Assembly (NCBI GenBank): GCA_977862235.1
Contig: OZ374565.1
Span: 2,046,001-2,110,000, forward strand
Direction: 5' to 3'
DNA from: Dudresnaya verticillata
Lineage: Eukaryota
Length of the DNA: 64,000 nucleotides
The position numbers and the translations under genes are program-made. The notes below the pieces were generated by a model. The model was not told the DNA's origin, did not search any database, and saw only the letters and a program-made list of their open reading frames with translations. Shown piece after piece: positions 12,671 through 24,899 of this stretch. Position 1 is the stretch's first letter. Each line of letters begins with the position of its first letter.

Positions 12671-13560
12671 CTTTAGGTGACATAAACACAAATACAACAA
12701 CAGAATACACTCATACTCGCAGCTGCTCACACTGTTATATTCGTCTCCAATTTTGTGGTTTGTGGTTTGTGAACGAGCCAAAGAAAATCACTATCATTGC
12801 ATATGCGTTTCTACTAGAATAGAGCTAACCCACGGTAGTCAACAATTCTGCTCGAATTGGGGCTGGGTTTGATGTTGGGAGTACCAACTGGGCATCCAAC
12901 GCATTGGTGCTTCAATATGCTGCTATTTCGAGTTCCGCAATATGTAGCGGTCAGCGTTAACCGTGAAGACAAGCGATTCGGACTGATGGCACTTCTACTC
13001 AAATAGAGAGATCAACTTTACTCAGGAATAGAAAGAAGCTCCCTAAGGGAGCATAAGGACTGTTACTTAACATAGGGGATGATAGTTTGAATAGAACTAA
13101 GTTTTTGCGAAAGAAGGATTGCTTTACCTCACGTGACAAATGGTCGGCAAATGATAGGCTGGTTCGAACACCGTTTCTCCGGGCGTGATAACTGGTCAGC
13201 AATGGATAGATGACTCGAACCTCAGAACTTACAGAGCTGCAATTACAATGTGGCGTTCAACAGCGCCCAGTGTCGTCGACGTTAGAGTACTACAGTTAAA
13301 CCAGTGGGCATTAATGCGACCCGCCCGAATTACGTATATGCCTAAGAAGAAGAACAAAACAACAAACAAGAAGATGATGCAGACCTTTATGCATAGGAAA
13401 GAATAAGAAGAAGAACAAAAAAAAAAAAGAATAAGAAGAAGAACAAAAACAAAAAATAACTTCTCTGCACCCCTGGTTTCTCAACATTAACCGCACGAGT
13501 CACCTTCCCTATGCTTCATCGTTCTTAAAGGCCTCCTCCCCCAGACTTTCTGGTGCTGGG

Positions 13561-13630
13561 CTTTTGAAACAGGATTTTTCACTCTCACTCGAGTTCTTTT
13601 GAAACAGGATTTTTCACTCTCACTCGAGTT
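13561..13630. repeat. 35-bp perfect tandem duplication overlapping the gene's stop codon
   Basis: CTTTTGAAACAGGATTTTTCACTCTCACTCGAGTT occurs at 13561-13595 and 13596-13630. Confidence 0.95.
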
Positions 13631-16426
13631 CTCCACGGGGTCTTATGAGCGGTGGACCCCGAAACATAAAGCTTCCCATCACGTATCTTCACCCACTGTT
13701 CCTTCCCACATATATAGGCACTGTAATTCGCATAGGAAATGTTCAAGTACCCTCCTTCACAGATCTCATCTAAAGGTACCGAGTCTGGGACACGAGTCCA
13801 TCCATGACAAGGCTCGGGGATCCACGCCACAGGTCCTTGCAAAAACGCATTGGGGTTATCAACACCTGCTTTCCAAAGCACACTGAGAGCCGCTCGACGC
13901 TCGGAATCCTCTTTCGGGATCACAGGAATAGGTCTTGTAAACATTAGATAGTCTGTTATCATCACCCGGCGATTCATCTCGATTCCCATCATACCGACGA
14001 GAATACCCACTGCGCCAGTGAAAGTGAGATTCAAGGCTGATTCAAACTTCTCCCACAAACGTTCCTTCGCCAGTGCTCCTATTACGAAAGAGAGACCGAG
14101 AACGGAAAGGATGATGGCCCAAGTGATGAGACCGGATCCTAGTGATGTTGTCACAATCGCCCCGCGTCTGCAATAGTAACTTCTCTGAACTTCTTCTGAG
14201 CAAATATCTGTGTCTTCATGAATAAATTCCAGCCTGGTGACGGGACCGTCCACAGCACGCGTTTGACAAACAATCACTGCGAGGTCATTTGGCGTTTCCA
14301 ACCTTTTCCCAACAAGAACTTCTGATGCATCTTTCAAATGCTTATGACAAGTCTGAGCTCTGACGACCCACATGGCACACGCTGTATTCGTGCGTCCCCA
14401 CTGAACCGAAGGCTTCTTCGTCGTCTTATGATCAGTTTCTTCATCGGAGCTCAGTTCCAATGATTTTGAATCTGGACTGTGGGTTATCCAACCTTTTGCA
14501 GTAAGGACGCCTTCTATTGCATGTTTCATGTGCTCTATGAAGCGACTATAAACCCTATCCACAAGCTTACCGCAGTCAGCTCTAGAGTATGGGATGTTTG
14601 TTCCTGGATTTGCAAACTCCCCTTTAAAGGGCAGTGAGGGCATGTCCGTCTGTAGCTCCTCCTCCATAAGATACCTTACCACTTCTTCAAAATACATCCA
14701 CTCCCAGCCTGACTCACTGAGGTTTAGACTGGGCCATAGCGGTACATCTTCATGCGGGTTCAGACCTGTCGCCGTCATAACTTGGAAGTACAGATATTCG
14801 ACGATCGATTTTATGTGCGATTTTGAAGGAAACAAAATATTGGCAACGCCGATTTCTGCCTGTTTCTCTCCCTCCACAAAACGTGATATGTCTTCCTTGG
14901 ATATATGCTTATTTTGCACCGTCTCAACCTTGTCCTCGTTTTCGATAAATGTGACCTCCTTCTTGAAATACTGTTCGGAATTGCGAATAGCTTCTTCGAG
15001 GCTGCTAGTGTCGTGATAGATTCGAAAATACATTTTGAGCATCTTCTTTCTTGTGACTGGGTGATCACCAACAATCTTGGCTGTGGCACATTCCACTGGA
15101 TCTAGAAATGGTCCTGTTAACAAGAGCACTAATCCAGAGCCATAACCCCCGTCTTCGACGTATTCGAGCGGGGCGTCTTCAGGGAAAGACCCCGTTGCAT
15201 CCGAATCGTCCACATTGATAAGATTGTTATGCATGAGCAGGTTGACAGTGGTGTTGGCGTCCAAAGGTGCAGTGCTCAGGAAGAGGTTTCCTGCAGGAGA
15301 AGGGTATTTTACCACGAGAGGGATTGCCTCTGAATTGGTTGTCGTTATTAGATTCAAAACGGATTCCATTCTTCTCAAGACCACAGCGCCACCAAGGTCG
15401 GCAGCACCTTCTGTCTCCATGCAATTGGTTCCACTTGGTGAATTATCAGTCACACTTCCTACAATATGAACTGTGGTACCCTGTGCGGTCCCTGCAATGG
15501 AATGAACTTGTTCATTATTTGGGTTGGCACTGCAGTCCTCTGCTTCTGTCCATACATTTCTGCTGCTGGTGTTCTCGTTGTTGGTTGTGTGGTTCGTGAC
15601 GAAGAAGGCGTCAACGGTAGTCCGCAAAAGATCGAGACCAGTGCCCCTTGACACACCAATGCGTAGGAAGTCAGTAACATCTTGGGGTGGATCGGGAGGT
15701 TGGTGACGCTGGGAAATCGGTCGCGTGAAGTGAAGAATATTATCGTATACGAGCTCTCGCAGTCGAGACATCTCTGGAGTTTCCTCTGGACCTACGTGAT
15801 GCGAGTTCACGAGATGGCTTCGAAGTAAGTGCCGGGTCTTAATGTTGGTACTCGCATTTGCTTTTTTGTTCTTGTCGCTGTTTTTCTCTGCCTTGCTCGT
15901 TTTTTTTGGGTAGCTTCCAACCGGGCTGGCGTTCACAAGTACTGGGGGGGCGGATTGAGCTTCCAGCGAGGATGAAGTAGGAGGAAGGGGAACGACTTGG
16001 TGGCTTTTCCCAACCGGGCTGGCGTTCACAAGTACTGGGGGGGGGGGCGGATTGAGCTTCCAGCGAGGATGAAGTAGGAGGAAGGGGAACGACTTGGTGG
16101 CTTTTCCTGAGAATCTTGCTCCAGCGACGGTGAAGACGACTGGGCGATGGCTCTGGTATATCAGCATTAACTGGTATATCAATCGGGGACTGTGGCTCGC
16201 CAAAATACCCATTATCAAGAGACCAAGGAGGAGGCGGTGGGGTTGACAAAGCAGCGTGAATAACAGGCGGAGCAAAGGGTAGCGGAATCACATGTGGGGT
16301 TGGTGGGGGTGGTGGGGGTGTCTGGAGCGTAGACGGGCCGGCTCCCTGCTCTCTCGCAGTGGCTCCCGGGGATGGGCCGCTGGGCGGGTGGCTCGGCAGC
16401 GGTGGTTTGCTTCCCGACGGGGCCAT
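13585..16426 (-). CDS. Large unknown protein (~945 aa) with a Pro-rich N-terminus and two C-proximal TM helices; one frameshift in a G11 run
   Basis: The ATG ORF MAPSGSKPP... (16426) shares the repeat KSHQVVPLPPTSSSLEAQSAPP with the 896-aa frame. The frames switch at G11 (16037-16047), where the second repeat copy has G7. Hydrophobic segments are LITWAIILSVLGLSFVIGAL and LTFTGAVGILVGMMGI. Confidence 0.7.
15918..16107. repeat. 93/97-bp tandem duplication in coding sequence
   Basis: Copies 15918-16010 and 16011-16107 appear to differ only in G-run length (7 vs 11). Confidence 0.95.
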
Positions 16427-16836
16427 GGGTGCGTTGTAGTTTGTTCGTGCGTGGGTCGCGGAGACTGCGGGAGGGTTGGGGCGGGGGCAAGGCTCTGGAG
16501 GTGGGGCCCGTCTTTATGCGGGGATGGCGGGATGCATGAGAACATCGGGTGGTGTGGAAAGACTGTATGTGTATGGTGCGAGGTTTTGGAGAGCGTCTGT
16601 ACAACGGTACAGTTATCGAGTACAGTATTGTACAGTTGTATGTTGAGTGGGAGGTGCACCGCGCAACGACACCGACCAAAATGAATGGTCGGTTGAAGAG
16701 CACGGTGGAATATGATTGGCCACATCGTGCAAGTGGTGGTGATTTTCTGTCAGCGGCAGCAAGTCGCAGGCTGTATGGTGCAAATCATTGGCTGCAACAA
16801 GATTGTTTGGAAGGGTACAGTGATGTGTTGGTGGTT

Positions 16837-16900
16837 GAGAGAGATGGGGACCTTTATGGTACGGTTCGAAGGGCGCTAAGTCGCCCCGGCTACGTAGAGG
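16837..16900 (-). mobile_element. Extremely 5'-truncated CRE-like 3' end (~60 bp)
   Basis: GAGAGATGGGGACCTTTATGGTA.GGTT.GAAGGGCGCTAAGTCGCCCCG matches 17941-17997. Confidence 0.8.
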
Positions 16901-17204
16901 AGAGACCTCTATAAACGTTTACAATGATGTGCCGCTACGCAGCACCTTTGTAGCTCAGATCCAACTAATCGCTTCTATGCGCTCTTTCTGAACGGATGCA
17001 CTTAGAGCATGTGTGCTTGCTGCCGAGAACAAACAATTCAACGAGACGCCTGCCAAGGATTTAAGCAAAAGGTCAATCTCTGTGGAGCAATTGCTGCTCG
17101 TCCTGAGGTGGCTTTTTGGTGATGTTCGGGCTAACCCGACCGGCCAACACAGAGTTGTGAGTCGTGAGACAGTGTCTACTTCTTAGTGTCTACAGAGCAG
17201 CCTT

Positions 17205-18900
17205 CTGCGATGTTGTACTTTAATTGTTGTTTATAGTGGTCTTACGCGGGCAGCTTAGTCCCATGTGCAGGCGCACTTGAGGGACGCCAAAAAGGCTCGT
17301 CGACTTATATATATATGTACATATGTCTTGTTGCGTGCTATGGGACTATGGGCTATCTTTGACGAGGCCACTGGATAGTGGTGGGGGACGGGGGGTGGAT
17401 GATCTTGTGCGCATAGTCGGCGGATTTTGTCAATGGGGGTTGAGATAGCGGTAAGGTCTGAGGGTCTGTTCGCGGGGTGTCACAATTTTTGAAGGACTGC
17501 GGCTTGTTCACGAAGTTCAGAACGTGTGCCTGCACAGGAGGGTGGAATTGGGAAGGTGCCAAGATGCCACCGAACCGCAAGCTCACGGTCGCGGTGGTTA
17601 GAAAGCCTGAGCGCGGGGGTAGGGACGATGCTTTTTGGACCGGAGCAGACCGCCGACCTGCGACGGCCGACTTCCATTCAGCGAGGATCCGAGCCTGGCT
17701 GACAGGATGTGGCGTGGGTGTTAGGGTTTGTTCCATCTCCGGAAGACTCCGTAATGTACGCATAGTTTCCTTGGCATGCCACGCTGATGGAAGATGGCTT
17801 CTGGCGAGCTTGGAGAGTGCAGTGATCCACTTGGTTTCTATTGCTGCTTGTCCGAGCAATGGGGGGAGGGAATCTGAACAATGCTCGGAGTCTGGCGATT
17901 CTCCGCGTTGAGAGTCGGGAAGACTGCTGCGCAATACAGAGAGAGATGGGGACCTTTATGGTAGGGTTGGAAGGGCGCTAAGTCGCCCCGTCTACGCAAG
18001 GACCTACCTGAAGGGCAAGACGACGGCGATTGATCGCCAGCGCCTGAAAGCGCAGAAGATGAGATACAATGCGATTCGTGAGTGCTTGCGTTTCGTCCGA
18101 AGGGTTACTCCCTCTCCGTTCGGACGTAAAGCGGCCAATGGCACGTAACGCCTGACGAGCCTCAGTGCCAATAGCGCCGTAGGAGTCAATACCGGCAGCA
18201 TAGAAATCCATTCCCTCGCTGTCGAGTAGATCTTGGTAATGCGCTCTCTTGGGCCTTTCAGCGAGCGTCGCCGCTGCCCCACCCAAGCGAGAGGCGGCAG
18301 TGCAGTAATTGGCAGCAAACGGGGCTGCCACCGTAACGTCAAAGGCCTGAGGGCGGGGGTTAAAGGCAGATATAGGAACCACCACGTCCATACGGCGACG
18401 AGAAGTAGGGGGAAGATGACGTTCGGCGAGAAACGAGTATTCGACATAGATAGGGCGTAGGCCCAACTGGCGGAATTCGTTGGCTAGAACATCGCGTAAC
18501 GTGTTATGACGCCGGATAGCACCTTCGCGCCTAGCGCAGATGATGGCATGTTTCCCGAGAGGATCAAGTAGAGGAGCTTGCGTCACGCCCCGCAATACAG
18601 ATGCGGAAGAATTGGGAATCGAGTTGATCGATTGTACTGAGGATCGGGGGGTCAAGAGGTACGAGGGCAATACAGTGCTCATAGACTGGGCGGACGAAGG
18701 AGCTGTACACGAATTGGGCTGCATGGGCGGACATGGATGATGGCAGGGACCCAGTGTGTACCCGTGACGTTACCACAGCTCTCGCTGCAGTTAGCCTTTG
18801 CAGGGTTGTTTTGTTCCCCACTCCGGTTGCTGAAATGTCAACGCCGAGGTACCGCGTTGATTTGTGATGCGGTATCCGTTTCTTATCAATGTGGAACAAT
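17205..18900 (-). mobile_element. LINE family B, RT thumb to 3' end, split by a nested CRE-like insertion
   Basis: It shows the RT-thumb motif TRYLGVDI. Removing 17941-18590 and one target duplication restores FFRICIAQQSSRLSTRRIARLRALFRFP. The 3' end matches 8955-9400. Confidence 0.8.
17941..18590 (-). mobile_element. 5'-truncated CRE-like non-LTR retrotransposon with an open restriction-like endonuclease frame
   Basis: Motifs DPLGKHAIIC, RRHNTLRD, RMD..AFDVTV..KRAHY and DSYGAIG. An 11-bp target duplication CGCAATACAGA lies at 17930-17940 and 18591-18601. Confidence 0.9.
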
Positions 18901-20160
18901 GTCGTGGTCGGCCTTCCCCTGTGCTGTGTGGTGAAATAGACGTATTATAAGGGGCAGTATTTGATATTAATTACCGAGGGGACCTTTGGCGACGGTAGAT
19001 GCAGGTCTGTACACGAACAACATTTCACATATGTCGGGAAAAAGGCCCTTACCAAGGTGAAACAAAGATGCGACAGCAGCAAGCCGCAGTGGGGCAGCCG
19101 GTCAGCCTTGATGCTGATGGACGGATACTAGTTTACGTAGGAGTAGTTCCGATGTGTCGTTCTCGGTTCTGTACTGCGAACAACTGCGACCCAGCCCGAA
19201 GTAAGGAGCTTTCTTCGTTGGAACGCTTTGCTACCCAGCAACGGAGGAGCACACCGCATTGTATCTCGCCAAGTTGCCAAGTCACCGAGCCGTTTCCAAA
19301 ATCGTTTAAACCTCGGTTTTGTTGCACGGTGCCCACCTCTTTTCTTCCCCCTCGTCGGGTCTATCTTCTTGTACCATTCTACTCTCGCTCGTGCTCCTTT
19401 AATACCCTCTCTCCTCTAACCGTAAAATTCAGTGAACAAAGAGAAACGCCCGCCCCAACGGACTGAATAAAAGTTTTCCAGTCCGCGATGATCGCCATTA
19501 AAGACAACACTGGTTGCACCCTGGTGCCCTCAATACAAACAAAAAAGCGACTCTCTTTAATGATAAAAATCAACCAACGCAAGGCACTGTAGAATAATGA
19601 TGGATCTAGGAATGCGTAGCCCCTGCATACTATTTCTTTAGTTGCATATAGAATAAAGTGGCCTCTCTCGTAGTGTTAAAACGGAGCACCTCTACTTAGT
19701 CCCTCTAATGAACAGAGCTAGAGCTATACCCTTGGCTCATGCAAGCGACATGCTGGAGATGACAGAGGCGGGGCGTTCGTGACCGTTTTCGTTTGCCGAG
19801 TTTGGATAACGTCAAGCAAACAGAAATGCGCAACCTCTCTATTGCCAATGATGGACGAGCAAAGAAACCTCTTTCTTATATCTTGGAGGAGTTTGCTCCA
19901 AGCCTCATCTTGAACCTTCTAGCATTGCTCCTCTCCAAGGCGTCCCATCCACGCCCGTCCTTTTTGTCCAATACTTACTCTAGAGACAGGGTCGAGCAAC
20001 TCGTTCTCTCGCTCTTCTAAAGGGCTTGCCATTTATTCACAGTCCTTGTTCATTCTAATCGCTGCTAGTCTTTCTACAGAACCGTCGAGGTCTTCACGCA
20101 ACACATATACAGCAAGGATCTCACCATCTACCCGTTATGAAAACAAAAAAGGGAACAAAA

Positions 20161-21396
20161 CTAGACGCACTTGTCGAGCAAGCTGTTAAAGCCACTGCCC
20201 CGACACGATTCTCCGCTGCAAGGGAACAAAATCGACCTGTACACAGTCACCTTGGAGCTACGCCCGCCCAGCTTGAGCGTATACGTCTTTCCCTTCTGCA
20301 GCTCGACATCGGTGGAGAACACGTGCGGGTTAAAGTCGACAGAAAACGCCGCAACAGCGCGTTGGTTCTTGTTATGGTACGCCTTGGTCCACCCATCCGA
20401 CTTTTCGGTGGACCCGGGCCTCTCCAGCGACCACGCCACGTCCTCCATGATGGCCCACACGTCGTTGTAGTCAACTCCGTTGGACGTGCGCATGTCGATG
20501 GAGAACCCGAACCGACTGGTCTCCGGCGCCTCAAACTTGAACTCTAGCGGCTCTTCACCTGGCTTGCTGATGCCCTTGCTATCGTCGTTGGGCTTGAACG
20601 CCATGCCGCCGTCCAGCTTGACCCAGCCCTTGTTCGACACGAACGACGTCGCGGGGATGTCCACACAGCCGCCCTTCCCGCTACCGCCACCACCGCCTCC
20701 GCCTCCGCCAGCGGTGGGCATCGTAGCTTTCATTGTAGTAGTGGTGTCGGCGGTGGCGGTAGTGGTGGTGGTAGTCCTCTGCTTGACGGCAGTAGTGGTA
20801 GGCGCATCAGTGCTCGGCGGGCCAGACGGTGTGGGCTCGGGCGTATCCGAGGGGGGTGCGGCGGGGCCGCCGTCGTCCGGGTCGACGGGCGCGGGGGTGG
20901 GATCCGGGGTGGGCGCGTCTGGGGATGCGTCCGGGGATGCGGCGGGGGATGCGGGAAGCGCGTCGTCGTCGCACGAGAACGCGACAGTGGCGTCGGCCGA
21001 GTCGCCGTTGCTGAGCTCGCAGCGGATGTCGGCGAAGTCGGGCAGGTCGGTCCACGCGTTTGCGCGGTCGGCAAAGTCGCCGGCCAGCGTGAACGGGACG
21101 ACGTTCTCGCGGCGGAGCTTGACGCCGTTGATGAAGAAGTCTGCCCACTGCGCCGTGGACGCGTCGGCCGGCGTGCACTGCACTGAGAACTGCGGGAACA
21201 GCGCGGCGGGGCACAGCGTCGTGGGCGACGACGACGACGGCAGTGCTGGGCCGAACTGCCACGGCGTGCGCGCGCCGGCTTGGATTATCTGCAGCTCGGC
21301 TGCGTGGGGCGTTTGGGCGAGGAGGCAGAGCAGCACGTGGGACAGGACAGTGAGCGTGAGCGCGGAGCGCTCGCGGCGGCGCGGGGGGAGGGCCAT
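20161..21396 (-). CDS. Secreted two-domain protein with a Pro/Thr/Gly linker; probable carbohydrate-binding beta-sandwich modules (411 aa)
   Basis: ATG at 21396 starts MALPPRR..LTVLSHVLLCLLAQTPHA. Domain 1 contains FFINGVKLRRENVVPFTLAGD. A low-complexity linker leads to an aromatic-rich domain 2 (DYNDVW, GWTKAYHN, LGGRS). Strong GC3 bias and an upstream TATA box support it. Confidence 0.85.
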   Translation of the reverse strand: MALPPRRRERSALTLTVLSHVLLCLLAQTPHAAELQIIQAGARTPWQFGPALPSSSSPTTLCPAALFPQFSVQCTPADASTAQWADFFINGVKLRRENVVPFTLAGDFADRANAWTDLPDFADIRCELSNGDSADATVAFSCDDDALPASPAASPDASPDAPTPDPTPAPVDPDDGGPAAPPSDTPEPTPSGPPSTDAPTTTAVKQRTTTTTTATADTTTTMKATMPTAGGGGGGGGGSGKGGCVDIPATSFVSNKGWVKLDGGMAFKPNDDSKGISKPGEEPLEFKFEAPETSRFGFSIDMRTSNGVDYNDVWAIMEDVAWSLERPGSTEKSDGWTKAYHNKNQRAVAAFSVDFNPHVFSTDVELQKGKTYTLKLGGRSSKVTVYRSILFPCSGESCRGSGFNSLLDKCV

Positions 21397-21477
21397 TCTG
21401 CGTGTGGGGGGTGTGGGTGGGTATAGGCGGGTGTGGGCGGGTTTGGACGGTGTGGGCGGAGAGTGCGGCGCGCCGCG

Positions 21478-21489
21478 GCGGGCTTTATA
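21478..21489 (-). promoter_or_regulatory. TATA box (TATAAAGCCCGC)
   Basis: An AT-rich hexamer in very GC-rich DNA about 90 bp upstream of the ATG. The identical 12-mer occurs at 55679-55690. Confidence 0.65.
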
Positions 21490-21895
21490 GCGCGCGTCGC
21501 CAAAGTTGACGACGACGGCGTGTACACACGGCGGCGGCGGCGGCGGGTGGATCCAAGCGCGGAACGTGGCGTGCTCGCGACTGCGCAGGCAAGGAGAAGG
21601 GCGAGGCGCGGACGCGGTGGCGGAGGGTGGCGGGCAGGGTGTTCGCCGCGCCGCGCTGCGCAGCACGTGGATGTTGCTGCGGCGGGGATGGAGCGGCGGG
21701 CGGGGTGGACATGAACGGACGGACGGCCTGGACGCACTGCCGCTGTCCAGACTGCGGCGCGGCTTGGCTGAGGGAGTTGTCGCAGAGGGAGGGAAGTGTG
21801 GATGGAAGGCGGTGCTACGGCGGCGACAACGGCCCGTTAGCTCAGCATTGGCTGCGTGGTGCTCACTGAGCGGGGCGTTTTTGATGCGTGCCGCC

Positions 21896-21949
21896 TTGAT
21901 CTTCCCGCACGTGTCGCCACAACCAAACTTTGATCTTCCCGCACGTGTC
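21896..21949. promoter_or_regulatory. Duplicated 20-bp element containing a G-box (CACGTGTC)
   Basis: TTGATCTTCCCGCACGTGTC occurs at 21896-21915 and 21930-21949, about 500 bp upstream of the 21396 start. Confidence 0.45.
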
Positions 21950-22799
21950 ACGGCCGAAGTGCGCCGAATAGACGCACGGCCTCGCGGTCCGCGCCACCAT
22001 ACGCCAAACAAGCGCCGCCCCGTGGCACGCTGCGCGTCGCCGCCGTCGCAGACCGCGTGCGCGTCGCGCCACCAACCCCGAACGCGCCCGCCGTTGTCGC
22101 CGCGCTATACATAGCGCTGTTGGTGCCCGAGTACACACGGCGGCGCGGTGGACACAGTGCGCCTCCGGCGCTGCCGTGCACTTGATATTCAACGTGCTGC
22201 AACGACAGACAATCCCGCCGCAGGCGCTTCTGTCTGTCTAGCTGCTACTAGCCAAACGACTCTGCTTTGACGCACATGCTCACTACCACTGCCCGGGGTC
22301 CCGACGACCAACAACACGACCCGCGAACCGTCCACGTCCTGTCCGTCCCGCCCTTCCAGTAAGATACACAACTACCGAATCTATTCTTCACCGACCGGGC
22401 AAGCCGTGTGATGTGAGTGAGGCTTTCCCTCTATGCGTCAGAACAAACGCCGCTGCCCGCTCACTGCTTGAACGCGGCCGCAGCGCAATACGTGTGCGTT
22501 CCATCACTTGGCTTCTCTGAGGCAGGTGGAATCAACAAGTGCAACAAGCAGACTTTGTCCGATCTTGCCTTGTGGCAGTGCCCATAAATCTCCAGGCCCT
22601 CGAAAAAGGGTAGTCTGTAGGCTTTACTCTACTCTGCCCCTCAATGGGCTCTCGCGTATTCTTAGAATAAAGAGTTCTGCTGCAGCACTCTATAAAAAAA
22701 CTTCTCGTTCACGCCCCATCACCGAAATCATCCCACTAAGACATATGACCAACACAGCCGTGTGTGTGGCGACACCTGGAGTATAGTTTGGGCAGTGTG

Positions 22800-22800
<1 letters not shown>

Positions 22801-22830
<30 letters not shown>
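22801..22830. repeat. (CA)15 microsatellite
   Basis: Read directly from the sequence. Confidence 0.95.
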
Positions 22831-22833
<3 letters not shown>

Positions 22834-22859
22834 CTGACCGAAGCTATGCCTTTGGAGTT

Positions 22860-23950
22860 GTGCGGCGTGGGAAGCGACCATAGCTCACCTGTCTACTTGT
22901 CTGCTCCCTTGGCTACCTCCGCAGCTCTATCGCATCGCTGCTTAGACCTATTATGCTCTGTCTCTCCCTATCATCATCATGACAGAGAACTGCGACGAGT
23001 ATTTGCAGCAACCCATCGCCCCACTACTGAACCTACATGACAACTCGAGTTGTCTCCCGGTTAAGGATGGTGGTCTTGGACTTACACCCGCCTCTTGGTT
23101 TCCTGAGCTTGCATATCTCAGTTCTGTGTTTGCATCCACGGTATTCATTTCCCCTCTCTACTGTCGTTTCGCTTCCGCTTCGAAAAGTTGTTTCTATCCT
23201 TCGTCTTTCACCTACTGATCACCGCCTCAACCTGAATCTACTGGTTTCTGCTGGTTCTTGCAGCACTTTCCCTGGGTTACAACGCACGTAGTAATCGGAG
23301 TCGTGTTCCTCTCTTGGATCCCTATGGTCACCATGCAACCGTATGTACTGCTCAAGAGCATGCTATTCGCCACCACAACATGCTTCGAGATAAACTTATC
23401 GAGTTTATTCGTCCCGTGAGTCGCTCTCATGGGCTGCCTGTTCGTGTTGAAGCGCCGTTTCCTAACCCGATGCATCCTGATCGTGACCCCTGCATTCTCG
23501 ATTGGTTCATTGATAATCCGACTTTTGCTTCATGCCCGCAAGCGTTTGACGATTCTGTAGAAAATCCTCATTCTCACTCAAGCTCATCTGGCTGTGTTTC
23601 TGGGCAGGCCCTTGCCGCCCGCGAGCATGCTACGCGCCGTCACTATCGTGATATTTGTCGTGTCCATGGCATCACCCTTCATTGTTAGAAATGGATATCT
23701 ACGATTGAGTTGGAATCAGCTTTCATTCTGGACTGCAAACCCTTGTCAACTTTATCGCGCACAAGAAAGTCTCAAATCTGCTTGCTGAGAAGAATTCTCT
23801 CCTCTCTCATCTGGTTTCGTTTGTGCTCCAATATGTAGCCCTTACTGTGAACCGTCGGCGCCTTCTCGCCCCCCGCCCTTCCTCGTAGTCTCGTCCCCTT
23901 ATGGGACCCTCTTTTACGCCTTGGTCAAAGTGATATTCCCCTCCCTTTAA
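22860..23950 (+). mobile_element. Decayed CRE-like retrotransposon (RT thumb, zinc knuckle, endonuclease, 3' end)
   Basis: Motifs LPVKDGGLGL, DPYGHHATVC, RHHNMLRD, QAFDDSV and RRHYRDIC, with frameshifts. Confidence 0.85.
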
Positions 23951-24899
23951 TCCACTGCAGAACTATTTTGTTTTTACTCAACTGCTGTATAACTGCATAT
24001 TATATCTGTGCGTATTACAACCCTCCCGCTTATTATGGTATATTCGTGAAAGCGTAGTATTTGACTGCTGTGCGGAAGAATGCGCAGGCCGAAGGGTCTA
24101 ACAGTGCCCTCCATCTTCATCAGGAGTTGAGGAACAAAGTGGGTCCGGGGAGCTTTGGGGCTCGGAGGGGGAGGGCCTGGAACGACTATATCGGTCATCC
24201 CTAACGTAGTGATCAAACTGGTCAAGAAGACCCCGTGACGACGCTTTTTTCGTCCGCGTGTTACGGCCGTCGAGCACCGTAAGAATCCCCAGTCGCCTTC
24301 GCAGGACCACGTTAAACAACAAATAAAATACAACAACAAGGTAAGAATCCCCAGGTTTCTCGCCACGTTCGAGACATGAATACATGCCGCAAAAATAGAT
24401 TCACAAATGTTCTTTCTCTGAGATGTGTAAGAGAGTAGGAGAGAATGTGTAATAGCCCTTTATTGAGTTGTAATGAGGCCGGGGCCTAGTAATAATACGG
24501 TACTCTGCTGCAACCAACGATAATAAATGTCGTGCTTGCTGCACTTGTGAACAAAGCCCCGCCGAGATTCTACCTCTATTGCCACAGTTTTCCTGAGTTG
24601 GGACCAACTCGCAGCGGCTTACAAGCACCGCACGCGGATCTGTGCATGCGCAGAGACTGCAGAAACACCATGCTCTATAGCATTCTCACGAACTTCGACA
24701 ATCCCCCTCTGTCGACAGACACTCCACCGCTTTTGAACCGCCTCCCCTGACGTAATATAATCCCAACCCCTCTGTACAGCTTGCTGTCCTTTCTAACACC
24801 TACAAAATCGTTACTGTATGGCTGTAGTCTCTCCTATGCATAAAGGTCTCCATCTCTGTATCTCGAGCCGTCGCATCAGATAATCAGATAGTCAGATCA

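Noticed and set aside
17978..18724. 248-aa ORF as a single novel protein
   Set aside because: It crosses the insertion junction at 18590. Its N-terminus is off-frame LINE-B sequence.
20480..22200. Many long overlapping or antisense ORFs, and the 205-aa N-terminal extension of the 616-aa ORF
   Set aside because: Stop codons are scarce in very GC-rich DNA. The TATA box and signal peptide point to ATG 21396.
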